DNA of 41,816 bases from a virus (IMGVR_UViG_2636416136_000011); one strand, 5' to 3'; positions 19,525 through 29,427 are shown, numbered from the stretch's first letter. Made by a program: numbers and translations. The notes: generated from the sequence alone by a model not told the origin.

Positions 19525-20842
19525 TCTCGATGTCCTCGTCGGTAATGGATGCCCCGATGCCGGTTACGTCAGAATTTTCGCGCAAATCGGTCATAGCGGC
19601 TTTCAGTGTCATCAGACCATCACCCAGCGCTGTACTGATTGCGTTGGTGGTGTTTAACGCCACCGTTGAGCGATCGACATCAGACATTTGCCAGAGCGGG
19701 TTAAACTCAAACGTGAAATCGTCCGGCAGCGGCTTGCCAAGTTCCGAACGATGCATGATGTCCAGTATCCGCCGCACCGGAAGACGTAAACGTCTCTCCT
19801 GCAACGAGCTTACCCGATCGTAATAGTTGGCAAGGTCTGCATCGCCGGTAGAAAATCCTTTCGGGGACTGTCCGAACAACCGCACCAGTGGGATACCAAC
19901 AGCGCCACTAATCTGTTCTGCAAACTGTGAAAGGATGTCATCCAGACCACTGAAGCTGTACTGATGGGTTTCAAACTTATCCCGCGAGTCCATGAGCGTC
20001 ATGCCTTCATTACTCTGGAACTGTCGAATCAGGTCGATATTCTTCAGCAACGCTTCATACGCAGGACCACCAAGTGCGATAAGCTCGCGTAGCTTCTCCA
20101 CGCTGTAGGTACGCAAATGCGCTTTGTAGACCAGCTGCGCCGCGCCGACAGTAGCGCTGTCGAACGCGGTAAGACGATCCCAGATACGCTCTACAACCGA
20201 CATTCCCCATTCGTTCTCGGTCATCTTCTGCTGAAATGGCAGCGTGACGCCATCAAAGCGAATCAGTCGACTGTGATGAATGCGCCAGGCAGGAATTCCC
20301 GTTGCTGTGGTCACCACATCGTAAAACTCAGGTTTACCCAGGTCCGGCCCCATATCTTTAATGCGGCGGGTCAGTACCGGGTCAATCATCCAGCGGTCGA
20401 GCGGGAGAATCCCCTTAAACTTGCCCTTACCGATGGTTTCGGGTCGCAGCGGGGTCATTGGTGCCTGCCCCTCAATCATGATGAAACCCACCGCGCCGCC
20501 GTAGAGGCGCGACCATTTCAGCACGTCATTCAGCGCATCCCAGATTTGCAACTCATCCAGTTGTGATTCGAGAATGCCGCGATCTTTTGCATCAATTTCC
20601 GAAGTGATGCGAATGCCTTTGCGGGTCATATCATCCGGGATAGCATCGACCGCTTCGCCGATGATCCAGGACGAACGATAGGACCATTCCACCAGCATGC
20701 GGTTACGACTGGTGAAATTAGCCCGGTAGGTGGATGCTGAGTGCTGGTTAGGTGTCTGCATCCCTACGCGGGCAATAAAATTCTCATAACCATCAGCTGT
20801 GGCCTGCGCAGTTCGCCGCAGGGCTTGTTTGTTTCGTGCCAT
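19376..20842 (-). CDS. Portal protein
   Basis: 488 aa immediately downstream of the large terminase gene with coupled start. Confidence 0.65.
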   Translation of the reverse strand: MARNKQALRRTAQATADGYENFIARVGMQTPNQHSASTYRANFTSRNRMLVEWSYRSSWIIGEAVDAIPDDMTRKGIRITSEIDAKDRGILESQLDELQIWDALNDVLKWSRLYGGAVGFIMIEGQAPMTPLRPETIGKGKFKGILPLDRWMIDPVLTRRIKDMGPDLGKPEFYDVVTTATGIPAWRIHHSRLIRFDGVTLPFQQKMTENEWGMSVVERIWDRLTAFDSATVGAAQLVYKAHLRTYSVEKLRELIALGGPAYEALLKNIDLIRQFQSNEGMTLMDSRDKFETHQYSFSGLDDILSQFAEQISGAVGIPLVRLFGQSPKGFSTGDADLANYYDRVSSLQERRLRLPVRRILDIMHRSELGKPLPDDFTFEFNPLWQMSDVDRSTVALNTTNAISTALGDGLMTLKAAMTDLRENSDVTGIGASITDEDIENAEDEAPPGIGEPDDEPQEPSGGNPLSNQPTQDSAGGRRHRKWSLRWFK

Positions 20843-22464
20843 CAGGCCTGTCTCCCTAGCAGCTCCCAGATGTTCAGGGCTGAATTCATTGGGGCATAGT
20901 TGATCATCACCGAGTCGGCAAGGTTTGGCGATCGGGTTCCATCAGGCTGTTTATCAATAACTATTTTTCCCACACCATTAATGGAATAGGTCGGCTGCGA
21001 AAGCTCGATGATGAGTTTATCTTTGAGTGCCATGCTACTGCTGATTGAGATGATTTCGTCCGGGTTGTAAGCCATACCTTCAACCACGGCGCGCCAGGTA
21101 TTCTGAAAAAGTTTACGTAACCGCCACCAGCTCTGGGCTTTGGCGTTAGCGAAGAAGTCCTTGTTCAGACGTGCGGCTTGCCCGTTGTCCCCGCGAACAG
21201 CTTCATCATCCGGATCAAATACCGCGCCACTACCTCGAAACGGTGTGGCAAGTATTGACGGTCGACGCGCAGCGTTACGCAGTTCGTTGATAGCGCGTGC
21301 ATCGCCGCGAACGCCAGCGCCCAGCCCGTCCTCGTCAAAGCGAAACTCTTCGAGGTTGTCCTGTTCGCAAAAGCCGAAAACATTCTCGACGGACTGATAA
21401 ATGTCGCTGCCCACACCGGACCATTCCCGCACATTTTCCAGGAGGAAGCCATGACGGGTGGAAAAGGCATTTTTGTCCCTGCCTTCGTCGGCGACATCCA
21501 TCGCGCCAAGTCGTTTGCCTGTTGGCTGGATACCCAGTTTGATATGCGCATCAACGGCAGCCTGTACCCATTCGGATGGAATCAGGACGCCTTCCGCTGA
21601 TGCGCTGTAGTTCAGATCAAGTTCCTGTGCCACCACCACCGGATTATCGATTTTCTCGCATTCCCTGCGATACCACTCTTCATCCTTGCGAGGATCATCC
21701 CGCCAGTGGAATGTGAATACCGGTATCTTCCCGCCATGACGCTTCTGAGCGAACGGGTTAGCCATGCCGTTAACTGAACTCAGGTCGATACGGCAACGCG
21801 TCGTTTGTGACAACGCCGCATCAATCAGCAGAGGACGCTGAAGGAATGCAGCCTCATCAACCAGATAAAGCGTGGTACGGTCACCACGACCAATATTATC
21901 GCCAGCCTCGCCTTTGATAACGGCACCAGTTTCAGGAAACTCAACACGCATATATGGCGCGTGCTTCTTCTCGCTCCACGAACCGCGAAACTCTACAGGC
22001 AGTGTTTCCACGAACTTGCGCGCCTTCCAGAACAATGCTTTCGGGTCACCGGTGCTGTCGACGTATTCCTCTTTACGGGAGCCGAAACCGATAACCATTT
22101 CTTTGTTGAAGAGACAAAGCGAGCAGGCCAGTCCGATCGCGGTCCAACTGAGCCCCATTTCACGGGATTTTTCGGTAATACCATTCTCCCGATTGCCCCA
22201 GCGTTCCATAATCCAGTAGATCCACTCCTCCTGCTTAGGGAAGAGTAAAAACGGAATGGTCACCGGCAGGCCATAATCAATATTACGCGGGTCCGTTGTC
22301 ATGCCCCAGTCGATGATGAACTGAGCCGGATTGGTTCGGTAAAACTGTTTTAGTGCAGGCAATATTTCAGGATTCTGGCGAATGCGCTGTAGGCGTTCCA
22401 TCCGCCATTCAAAAACCATCTGGTAATCAGGATGTTTAAAATCGAAGGGGAATGGTAACGGCAT
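20842..22464 (-). CDS. Terminase large subunit
   Basis: 540 aa; Walker B-like LYLVDEAAF; follows the small subunit gene. Confidence 0.8.
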   Translation of the reverse strand: MPLPFPFDFKHPDYQMVFEWRMERLQRIRQNPEILPALKQFYRTNPAQFIIDWGMTTDPRNIDYGLPVTIPFLLFPKQEEWIYWIMERWGNRENGITEKSREMGLSWTAIGLACSLCLFNKEMVIGFGSRKEEYVDSTGDPKALFWKARKFVETLPVEFRGSWSEKKHAPYMRVEFPETGAVIKGEAGDNIGRGDRTTLYLVDEAAFLQRPLLIDAALSQTTRCRIDLSSVNGMANPFAQKRHGGKIPVFTFHWRDDPRKDEEWYRRECEKIDNPVVVAQELDLNYSASAEGVLIPSEWVQAAVDAHIKLGIQPTGKRLGAMDVADEGRDKNAFSTRHGFLLENVREWSGVGSDIYQSVENVFGFCEQDNLEEFRFDEDGLGAGVRGDARAINELRNAARRPSILATPFRGSGAVFDPDDEAVRGDNGQAARLNKDFFANAKAQSWWRLRKLFQNTWRAVVEGMAYNPDEIISISSSMALKDKLIIELSQPTYSINGVGKIVIDKQPDGTRSPNLADSVMINYAPMNSALNIWELLGRQA

Positions 22465-22466
22465 AC

Positions 22467-23039
22467 TTAGCCCATCATTTTTCTATACGCCTCTGCAGCC
22501 TGCTCCGGCGTTAAGTTGGTAATTTCTGTTCTGACTGGTCCTCCATCAGCGCCAGTCACTTCATTTTTGACGTTGTCTTTAAACGCCTGAACAGAAACAT
22601 GACGCCCAAGCAACTCAAGGTTTTTAACCTTATCAGGCCACTTAATCTTTTTAAGGATCCCGACCATTTCTCTGTCATCTCCTCGCCCCTCAAACATTTC
22701 AGCGAGGTTAAATCCACTCAGGTACCGACGCCACGATTCCGGCCACGCAGACAGAGGCTTAATACTTAAATCGTCCTCCAGGATGTCAGCCACATCGAGC
22801 CTGTCGATCTCAACCAGTCGCATCAGCACATAATTCGCATCAATGCCCAGTTGATCAATACGCTCCTGCTTTAGCTCGTTGATGCGGGCGCGTATCTCAG
22901 GTTTACCGTATAGTTCAGCCCCCGTAACATGTGCTCGCCTGGAGGCGTAGCCTGCGCGAATAGCTGCTTGTGTAGCATTCAGATCGACAAGAAACTCGCG
23001 ACAAAACACCTCGTGTTTTGCTTTCAGCTTCTTAGTCAT
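22467..23039 (-). CDS. Terminase small subunit
   Basis: 190 aa with N-terminal HTH-like region [20 protein letters not shown], upstream of the large subunit. Confidence 0.6.
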   Translation of the reverse strand: MTKKLKAKHEVFCREFLVDLNATQAAIRAGYASRRAHVTGAELYGKPEIRARINELKQERIDQLGIDANYVLMRLVEIDRLDVADILEDDLSIKPLSAWPESWRRYLSGFNLAEMFEGRGDDREMVGILKKIKWPDKVKNLELLGRHVSVQAFKDNVKNEVTGADGGPVRTEITNLTPEQAAEAYRKMMG

Positions 23040-23100
23040 TTTATTTTCCAGTTATCAGGTCATTATCGAAGCCCCTCCTGGAAGAGCTTCTGTAATGCTA

Positions 23101-23625
23101 TTACCGGGACTGTTCTATTTGTCGGACACCAGCCAACTGGTTATTCGCCTTCTCGATGGCTGCCAACAGTGGGTTAATCCACAGAACAGCCTGGCAATAT
23201 GTCAACGTTCTGGGGGTAGTGGCACGATCACCGGCTGAGTCAATGTCCCCGGAATCGGCGTGCAATGCGCTGGCGCGTAAACGGTTCGCGTAGTTGAGCA
23301 ACCCGACAGCAATATCAACAGGAACAGGGAAATCACAGTTCTTTTCACGGAGCAGAACCTCACGGTATTTGATGACTGTCTTCTCGTGACCGATGTCGAC
23401 CAGAGAATTTAATCGGCTTGCGTTTTCTGCTATCTGGTTAAAACGATTGAAGTTTAATGCCTGATTAGCTATCACTTTCCCTTGATATTCAGCTTCACCT
23501 TCCGCTTTATCAGCCCGCAACTTTTCTGCCTGATACTTGCTGTGGTAATGGTTTGCAGACCAGACGAGCGCCCCAAAGGCAGAGAAGAAAAATGCCGCGA
23601 TGACAATCTTATAAGTCAGCTTCAT
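23101..23625 (-). CDS. Rz-like i-spanin
   Basis: 174 aa with N-terminal TM helix (IVIAAFFFSAFGALVW) then coiled-coil-like region; last gene of the lysis cassette. Confidence 0.5.
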   Translation of the reverse strand: MKLTYKIVIAAFFFSAFGALVWSANHYHSKYQAEKLRADKAEGEAEYQGKVIANQALNFNRFNQIAENASRLNSLVDIGHEKTVIKYREVLLREKNCDFPVPVDIAVGLLNYANRLRASALHADSGDIDSAGDRATTPRTLTYCQAVLWINPLLAAIEKANNQLAGVRQIEQSR

Positions 23626-24085
23626 TTACCACCCCACCAGCATCTTTAAACCTGGAAATCAGGTCACCGATTTTATGTTCATACTGACCGTAACCTGCAC
23701 CAGGTAACGACGCCCAGATATTGCTGCAACGGTCGATTGCCTGACGAATATCGCCACGGTCAATCATCGGTAAAGCGCCACGCTCTTTAATCTGCTGCAG
23801 CGCCACAGCGTCCTGACTTTCTGGCGAAAAATCTTTCAGGCCAAGCTGCTTACGGTAGGCATCCCACCAGCGTGAAAGAAGCTGATACCGGCCTGCGGCT
23901 GTTGATTTAAGCTTCGGGTTTAGCGTGACAAGTTTGCGAGGGTGATCGGAGTAATCAGTGAACAACTCACCTCCGACAATAACGTCATAACCGTGATTAC
24001 GTGTCGGTTGTCGCCCGTTATCCGTTCCTTCTGACCATGCCACCATATCCAGGAAAGCTTTACGTTGGGAATTTAGTGTCTGCAT
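23609..24085 (-). CDS. R: Endolysin, lambda R-type lytic transglycosylase
   Basis: Near-identical over most of its length to lambda R as I recall it (NSQRKAFLDM.AWSEGTDNGRQ.TRNHGYDVIVGGELFTDYSDHPRKLVTLNPKLKST). Confidence 0.9.
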   Translation of the reverse strand: MQTLNSQRKAFLDMVAWSEGTDNGRQPTRNHGYDVIVGGELFTDYSDHPRKLVTLNPKLKSTAAGRYQLLSRWWDAYRKQLGLKDFSPESQDAVALQQIKERGALPMIDRGDIRQAIDRCSNIWASLPGAGYGQYEHKIGDLISRFKDAGGVVNEADL

Positions 24086-24088
24086 GAA

Positions 24089-24430
24089 TTACTCCTTAGA
24101 GCCACCAAACTTGTTACCGATTACTCGCATTGCAGCCCCACGAATAGCATCGACACCGATCAGCCCAACACCACCACCAATGGCAACAGAAAGCGATTTA
24201 GGCCATCCAACATACTCAAGAGCGGATGCAAAGGTCAGCGTCAGAGCACCACAGAGCAAAATCTCAAGCGTTTTTCGTTTCCAGCCGCCGCCACCGCCAA
24301 AATAGGCAATGCGCAAACCAGCCATAACAATTGACATAACCACTGCGCCCAACGGCGTATCTCCACGCCACCAACTTTGTAAGAGTTCCAGTAAGTCAGG
24401 CCAGGAATGAGGAGCATTGTGCATTTTCAT
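24089..24430 (-). CDS. Holin with dual-start MKM motif (lambda S-like holin/antiholin arrangement)
   Basis: Start set at MKMHNAPHS with GGAGGTG seven nt upstream; hydrophobic TM segments; immediately upstream of the endolysin. Confidence 0.6.
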   Translation of the reverse strand: MKMHNAPHSWPDLLELLQSWWRGDTPLGAVVMSIVMAGLRIAYFGGGGGWKRKTLEILLCGALTLTFASALEYVGWPKSLSVAIGGGVGLIGVDAIRGAAMRVIGNKFGGSKE

Positions 24431-24530
24431 ACTTCCCACCTCCGCCATTACGGGGTGTTGTTGAAAGGCGGGCCCTGCGTATACGCCCGTAGGATTGGGT
24501 TATGAGCCGTCCTTCGGTGGGCCCTGAATA

Positions 24531-24555
24531 CAAAAAAAGTTCGCCATAGCGAACC
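24531..24555 (-). terminator. Rho-independent terminator in the late leader (tR'-like)
   Basis: Minus strand GGTTCGC-TATG-GCGAAC followed by TTTTTTTG, about 100 nt upstream of the holin start. Confidence 0.6.
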
Positions 24556-24783
24556 TTGTTAAATTTGTTAAAAAAGGAGGTTATTTAACATAATGTATGT
24601 TATAGGAACCACACGATCCCCGCTCGCAATAGATTTGCGATGAAAGGCCTATTTAATCAACTTAAGTGGTCCAGAATGACGAAATTCGAGTGAATAAAAG
24701 GTGCATAAAAAAGGGCAAAAACTGCATAGCGTTTTTTCGCAGCGAAAGCCCTGTTTTATTAACTTTTCCCCAGAATGGGGCAA

Positions 24784-24810
24784 TAAAAAAGGCCCCCTTG
24801 CGGAAGCCTC
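24784..24810 (-). terminator. Rho-independent terminator after the gene that follows Q
   Basis: Minus strand GGCTTCC-GCAA-GGGGGCC followed by TTTTTTATTG, about 65 nt 3' of the 24876 stop. Confidence 0.5.
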
Positions 24811-24875
24811 TTCGTGATGAACTGTTTTCAACGGATATCAGGCTAATCGGCTTTTTGGAATTCCACAACTATTTT

Positions 24876-25217
24876 TTATCTTACCTTGATGCCTGATGCC
24901 GTCAGATGTTTACGACAGTCCTGAATACCTTCGTTATAACCCGCATCGTAGAAGCTATCCGGCTTTGCCTTCAGCGCAGGAAGCGTAACGCTGGTAGCTC
25001 TTCGTTCGGCCAGAACACCTGCCTGAAAGAGTGTCCACATCAACTGAACTGCTGAATCACAGTAAGTAACATCTTCACTGTACAATTCTCGTTCAATCCT
25101 GATGCCAAGTTGAGCCTTCATTGATGCGCTAATATTACCTTTGACCTGCAACGACAGGTCTGGGTACCTCTGTTCCATGAAGCTTTCAAATCTGTTGCGA
25201 ACGCTGATCAGAGCCAT
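24876..25217 (-). CDS. Hypothetical protein between Q and the lysis cassette
   Basis: 113 aa, no motif recognised; 31 bp downstream of Q. Confidence 0.5.
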   Translation of the reverse strand: MALISVRNRFESFMEQRYPDLSLQVKGNISASMKAQLGIRIERELYSEDVTYCDSAVQLMWTLFQAGVLAERRATSVTLPALKAKPDSFYDAGYNEGIQDCRKHLTASGIKVR

Positions 25218-25248
25218 CTGGTTCCCTTACGTGATTGATTGCTGGATA

Positions 25249-25671
25249 TTATGCCGCCGAGCAGCTCCTACGCAAAGTCCTGATAGCCTGAGGCTTTGAC
25301 TGAACCGACTGATCCATTTCGAGCACCACATCCAGCATGGCTAAGCAACCGTCAATAAATCCCTCTGCCGCCTGAAGCCTCTTCAGAACGTGGGTGTGAG
25401 ATACGCCGAGCTTCTCACCCATCGCCCGCACGGGCATGGCCTGGACGTAATGCCACTCAAGGAGCGTGCACAGATACGGATCTTTTTTCTTCAGGCAGCT
25501 CATAGCGGAGTTGATGATAAGACCGTCATTGTCACTGCATTTCAGCCTTCCAGACTGCGTCGCGGGTAGCAGATTCTTAAACCCGGCTGCAACAGGAGGA
25601 AAGTAGACACTACCACCTTCACTCGCTGCCCAGCCACCCCAGCGCTCTAAAACCTGTTGAATATTACGCAT
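25249..25671 (-). CDS. Q-like late-gene antitermination protein
   Basis: 140 aa with HTH-like segment MGEKLGVSHTHVLKRL; directly upstream of the late leader and lysis genes. Confidence 0.55.
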   Translation of the reverse strand: MRNIQQVLERWGGWAASEGGSVYFPPVAAGFKNLLPATQSGRLKCSDNDGLIINSAMSCLKKKDPYLCTLLEWHYVQAMPVRAMGEKLGVSHTHVLKRLQAAEGFIDGCLAMLDVVLEMDQSVQSKPQAIRTLRRSCSAA

Positions 25672-25800
25672 AGCTCTGACCTCTACGTTTTGCTACGAAA
25701 AAATTTTCTGAGAACCACGTTTGTTTATCCGTGGGTGTGGATAACGCAGTTCCGATTCGCTTATTACACGCTGTTATGTGCAAAAAATTCCTTGTTCGGC

Positions 25801-25981
25801 CTGTACCAACCTGTACCCACCTGTACCAGCTCTTTTCAAACCTTTTCCCCAAGCGACTTATATATATATATGGGGTTCTTAGTAATTAGGTTGGTACAGA
25901 TGGTACAGTTGGTACTGGCCTTTAAATTCAATTAGTTAAAATGTACCAACCTCTATTTTGAGGTTGGTACAGGTTGGGACA
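25801..25981. repeat. Iteron-like array of CTGTACC/GGTACAG motifs (candidate replication origin or regulator-binding array)
   Basis: Three tandem 10-bp units at 25801..25830, (TA)6 at about 25859..25870, three inverted units at 25889..25918, a perfect 12-bp inverted repeat TGTACCAACCTC-TATTTT-GAGGTTGGTACA at 25942..25971, and a degenerate copy at 25972..25981. Confidence 0.6.
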
Positions 25982-28145
25982 CCGCCTCAAAAATTCGAGT
26001 CATTTTCCCCCCAATTCGCCTTTGGGCACGCTTATACCCGCAATTTTGCAAAACATTACTAATTCGCATTTCTTCGCGTTTTCCGATGCGGTCAGGATTT
26101 AGCCCAATCGCATCACGCAAAACATCACTTGCGCGTAAAAATTCGCAATTTCGCGGAAGTTCATTAGTCATCAGGTCTGGCGTGTCGAGCCATTTCTCTA
26201 CCGTTTCAAGCCAAGCATCCTTGATGGTGTACTGTTCATGGACACTCGCTGCCAGTTGTTCAGCCTCACGGAACTGGATACCCCCCAGACGCTGAAACAC
26301 CTCACGAGCCTCAGCCCAAAGTAAAAGGAGATCTCTTTTTATCGCTTTCACGTCGACTTTCGACACTTCCACGGGGAGCCAGCGACGGTTACCAGTCTTG
26401 TCCGCAAGGAATTCGTCCTCATTGGTGGTACCAACGAACACCAGGCGACGAGGAAACTGGGTGGCGAACTCCCGGTATTTCGGGATCCAGTTTTCGTGAG
26501 TACGCGTCACAAACGCTTTGATTGACTCCAGCTCTTTGGTATTAAGTCCGCGCAGTTCACCAATCTCTGCCACCAGCCGACCACGCATTTTTCGAGCGAG
26601 ATCATCGTCTTTTTCGGCAAAAGAGATTTCAGTAAAAAACGCAGGATCAGGGCTCAGTGCCTCCACTCCGGAAGACTTACCGCAGCCCTGCGGACCAACG
26701 AGGATCGGCACCATATCCGCTTTGATGCCTGGCTCCAGTACTCGCCCCGCCAACGCGGTCCACATGTACATAGACACCGCACGGGTATAAGGCGTGTCGG
26801 CGGTACCGAAGTGCGTATGGTAGAAACATTCGATGCGCGGCACGCCATCCCACTCCAGTCCGTTCAGCCAAGTGATCGCTGAATCGAATGGTTGTTCATC
26901 GGCTGCAAGTAACACCACATCGCGAATAAGTTCACGACCAACAGGTTTAAATCCCCGCTTTTCCATCGTGATGCGCAGGCGCGCATAATCCGCATCGGTG
27001 AATGCCCGCCATTGTCCGGATCCTGCAGGGGCAAACATGATTTCGTCGCGGAACTGGTCAAAGCGAATATCGATGTCCACAAAATCAGGGCGTACTACTG
27101 CTTTGGCTGCGTTGCTGATTGTTGCCTCGATACGCCCCCATTTATCACGCTCGAAAGCAGGCAGCGGTAAAGGTTCCGCCACTTCGGTGCTGGTCAGATC
27201 TTCGAAATCGTCGTTGCGGATCCCGATGGCATTAAGGAAATCTCCGTCATCACGATGCGCACAACTGGCATGCAGGCATTTAAAATGCCCCTGCTCAAAG
27301 CCCGCGGTTCCCGCAGGAAAATAAACTGTGCTTGTTGGATCGCCCCCGCTACTGTGGCCGTCTTCAAACGGACAGCGGATATATCGTTCACCATTTGCGC
27401 CATCCAGCAGCGTCCAGCCATTGGCATCAAGATATTCAGCTGTATCATCCGTCGCGCCGGGCGTGAATGCTGATCGGTCGCGCATCTTCGTGTTGCCCGC
27501 TTCGGTGGTTACCGACACAGGGAGTTGTTCAGCCAGGCGCTGCCACAGCGTTTCAAGCTGCTCACCAGTAATAGCCGGAGGTTCATCCGGCAAACCGCCG
27601 TCCCATTCAATACGCGCGCCGCTGCTGTGCGTACCGCAGGCAACGAACTGCTGCCCGTTCGCCAGCAACTCGATAATGCCCATATCCCCCGCCAGGCGAT
27701 GGATACGCTTACGGAAATCACCATCAACGGCCAGCAGATACAGACACTTATTACTGTTTGCTCGCCAGCGTCGCGGCGGCAACTCACCCAGAAGTTGCAC
27801 AAGCGTTTTGCGAATATCTGCCTGAATGTCTTCATCTTCGCTATCACAGTCCAGCGCCAGCCAGCCATGGCCTGTACGCACGCAGATGCCATAATCCGGT
27901 TCATTCGACCAGCGGGCAAAATCATGCTCAGTAACAACATGCCCGGTCCATTGAGCAATACCGGTGACCTGGCGGTCCCGGTTATAGCGACTCGGCGTCT
28001 TACCCAACGCTTTCAGTTTACTATCAGGGGATATGGTCGCACTGGGGTTACATACAACTGGGAGAAGATGATCAGTTCTCCCCAATACCAGGTCGAAATG
28101 AAACCACTCATCAGGCGTAGCTCCCCATGGTTTGCTATCGGACAT
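25953..28145 (-). CDS. Primase-helicase (prim-pol domain, zinc ribbon, P4-alpha/VirE-like P-loop NTPase)
   Basis: LALDCDSED and CGTHSSG prim-pol-like motifs, Cys/His cluster (CPFEDGH...CLHASCAH), Walker A VGPQGCGKSS and Walker B-like RLVFVGTTNE. Confidence 0.75.
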   Translation of the reverse strand: MSDSKPWGATPDEWFHFDLVLGRTDHLLPVVCNPSATISPDSKLKALGKTPSRYNRDRQVTGIAQWTGHVVTEHDFARWSNEPDYGICVRTGHGWLALDCDSEDEDIQADIRKTLVQLLGELPPRRWRANSNKCLYLLAVDGDFRKRIHRLAGDMGIIELLANGQQFVACGTHSSGARIEWDGGLPDEPPAITGEQLETLWQRLAEQLPVSVTTEAGNTKMRDRSAFTPGATDDTAEYLDANGWTLLDGANGERYIRCPFEDGHSSGGDPTSTVYFPAGTAGFEQGHFKCLHASCAHRDDGDFLNAIGIRNDDFEDLTSTEVAEPLPLPAFERDKWGRIEATISNAAKAVVRPDFVDIDIRFDQFRDEIMFAPAGSGQWRAFTDADYARLRITMEKRGFKPVGRELIRDVVLLAADEQPFDSAITWLNGLEWDGVPRIECFYHTHFGTADTPYTRAVSMYMWTALAGRVLEPGIKADMVPILVGPQGCGKSSGVEALSPDPAFFTEISFAEKDDDLARKMRGRLVAEIGELRGLNTKELESIKAFVTRTHENWIPKYREFATQFPRRLVFVGTTNEDEFLADKTGNRRWLPVEVSKVDVKAIKRDLLLLWAEAREVFQRLGGIQFREAEQLAASVHEQYTIKDAWLETVEKWLDTPDLMTNELPRNCEFLRASDVLRDAIGLNPDRIGKREEMRISNVLQNCGYKRAQRRIGGKMTRIFEAVSQPVPTSK

Positions 28146-28148
28146 GGG

Positions 28149-28361
28149 TTAAGCCTTTTTATCGTTTTGTGAGCCATACAACAGCCAATTAGGGTCGCAA
28201 TCCAATGCTATAGACATTTCAAGAAGATAACGTGGCCGAGCAATAACACCACTTTCAATTCTGTTTATTGCCTGCTGGCTCACTCCTGTGAGCTCAGCCA
28301 ACGTAACTTGCGTCATTTTGAGTTCTTTACGTCGTTCTTTTACTCGGGTCGCTAAGGTCAT
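28149..28361 (-). CDS. Cro-like HTH regulator
   Basis: HTH motif MTQVTLAELTGVSQQAINRIE; start set at ATG 28361 with GAGGTG upstream (the listed ORF begins at an upstream TTG); divergent from the repressor gene. Confidence 0.6.
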   Translation of the reverse strand: MTLATRVKERRKELKMTQVTLAELTGVSQQAINRIESGVIARPRYLLEMSIALDCDPNWLLYGSQNDKKA

Positions 28362-28388
28362 TGCTTTCACCTCATACAATTTTAGTGG

Positions 28389-28441
28389 TATTTAGCAACA
28401 ACAAACGAGGTTTGTCAAATACAACAAAAATTGTTTTTAAT
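28389..28441. promoter_or_regulatory. Genetic switch: back-to-back promoters with a 15-bp palindromic operator
   Basis: Minus strand TTGACA(28413..28418)-18 bp-TAAATA(28389..28394) toward cro; plus strand TTGTCA(28412..28417)-18 bp-TTTAAT(28436..28441) toward the repressor; palindrome ACAAACGAGGTTTGT at 28401..28415. Confidence 0.45.
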
Positions 28442-28481
28442 GTGGGGATACACATTAATACAACCCAGAAGGACTAATCCC

Positions 28482-29105
28482 ATGTCTCTCGCAGCCCGTT
28501 TTAAAGCACGTCGTTTGGAATTAGGAATGACTCAAGTGGAAGTAGCGAATTCTGCAGGGGTTAGCCAACAATCCATAGAATCCATCGAAAGTGGACGAAC
28601 CAGAAAGCCACGCAATCTTCTGGATCTGGCTAAGGCCTTGAAATGTAGCCCAGACTGGCTACTGAACGGTAAAAATATTATGCCTCTCGCGGAGATAAGT
28701 ACCAGACGCATACCTATATTAAGTTACGTTCAGGCAGGAGAGCTTACAGAAGCAAGAGACATAACAGATCTGACAGGGGAATTTGAATATATTTTGGCAG
28801 ACTCTGACATTCCAGAAACATGCTTCGCATTACGTATCGATGGCGACAGCATGCAACCAGAGTTTAAAGAAGGAGACATTGTTATCATCGATCCTGATCT
28901 ATGTCCTGCACCAGGGGAGTTTGTTGTCGCCAAAAACGACGGTCACGAAGCTACATTTAAAAAATACCGTCCATTAGGAATCGGCATCGACGACTTTGAA
29001 TTAATCCCCCTAAATCCTGATTACCCTATTTTTCGTAGTGCAGATATGAACTTACAGATCATAGGTGTAATGATCGAACACCGTATTTACCGCCGTAAAC
29101 GTTAG
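28482..29105 (+). CDS. CI-like repressor, HTH plus S24 LexA-type autopeptidase domain
   Basis: N-terminal HTH (MTQVEVANSAGVSQQSIESIE), Ala-Gly at VQAGE, catalytic Ser in GDSMQPEF and downstream Lys; start at MSLAARF with AGAAGGA upstream. Confidence 0.85.
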   Translation: MSLAARFKARRLELGMTQVEVANSAGVSQQSIESIESGRTRKPRNLLDLAKALKCSPDWLLNGKNIMPLAEISTRRIPILSYVQAGELTEARDITDLTGEFEYILADSDIPETCFALRIDGDSMQPEFKEGDIVIIDPDLCPAPGEFVVAKNDGHEATFKKYRPLGIGIDDFELIPLNPDYPIFRSADMNLQIIGVMIEHRIYRRKR

Positions 29106-29124
29106 TATTCCCACCGTAAATATC

Positions 29125-29144
29125 GGGAGGCGTAACAGCCTCCC
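29125..29144 (+). terminator. Stem-loop after the repressor gene (weak terminator candidate)
   Basis: GGGAGGC-GTAACA-GCCTCCC 20 bp after the stop; the trailing tract is only moderately T-rich. Confidence 0.35.
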
Positions 29145-29427
29145 TTACCCCATTTGTAAAGTCTTACAAATTAAATTCACTTAAATATCAATAAAGTAGT
29201 ATTCACACCCCACAAAATACCACATTTGTGGTTTACATAATACAACTCAAATTGTATCTTTAGCCACAAGTCGAACGGCGCGACTCTAAACCATGCGTCG
29301 GGACCGTGGCGGGACAGGATGTCGGCAATACGGGTCAGTAAGTTCCCTTTGGGGTGCGGCGAAGCACTGTCTACTGATACAAGTCGAAGCCGCCGAACCA
29401 CCAAAGTGAACTGAATGAGGAAACGGC

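Noticed and set aside
23101-23625. Embedded o-spanin (Rz1-like lipoprotein) in the +1 frame of the i-spanin gene
   Set aside because: Expected from lambda-type lysis cassettes, but any such ORF is under 60 aa and absent from the ORF track; I could not verify a lipobox by eye, so it is not reported as a feature
25801-25981. Possibility that the short repeats form a CRISPR array
   Set aside because: Units are only 9-10 bp, occur in both orientations and have no spacer-sized unique intervals; the layout fits iterons or operators, not CRISPR
27525-28172. Plus-strand 215-aa ORF inside the primase-helicase gene, plus several others in 26086..27825
   Set aside because: The minus-strand frame carries the prim-pol, zinc-ribbon and Walker motifs; the plus-strand ORFs are Arg/Ser-rich shadows of a G+C-rich gene
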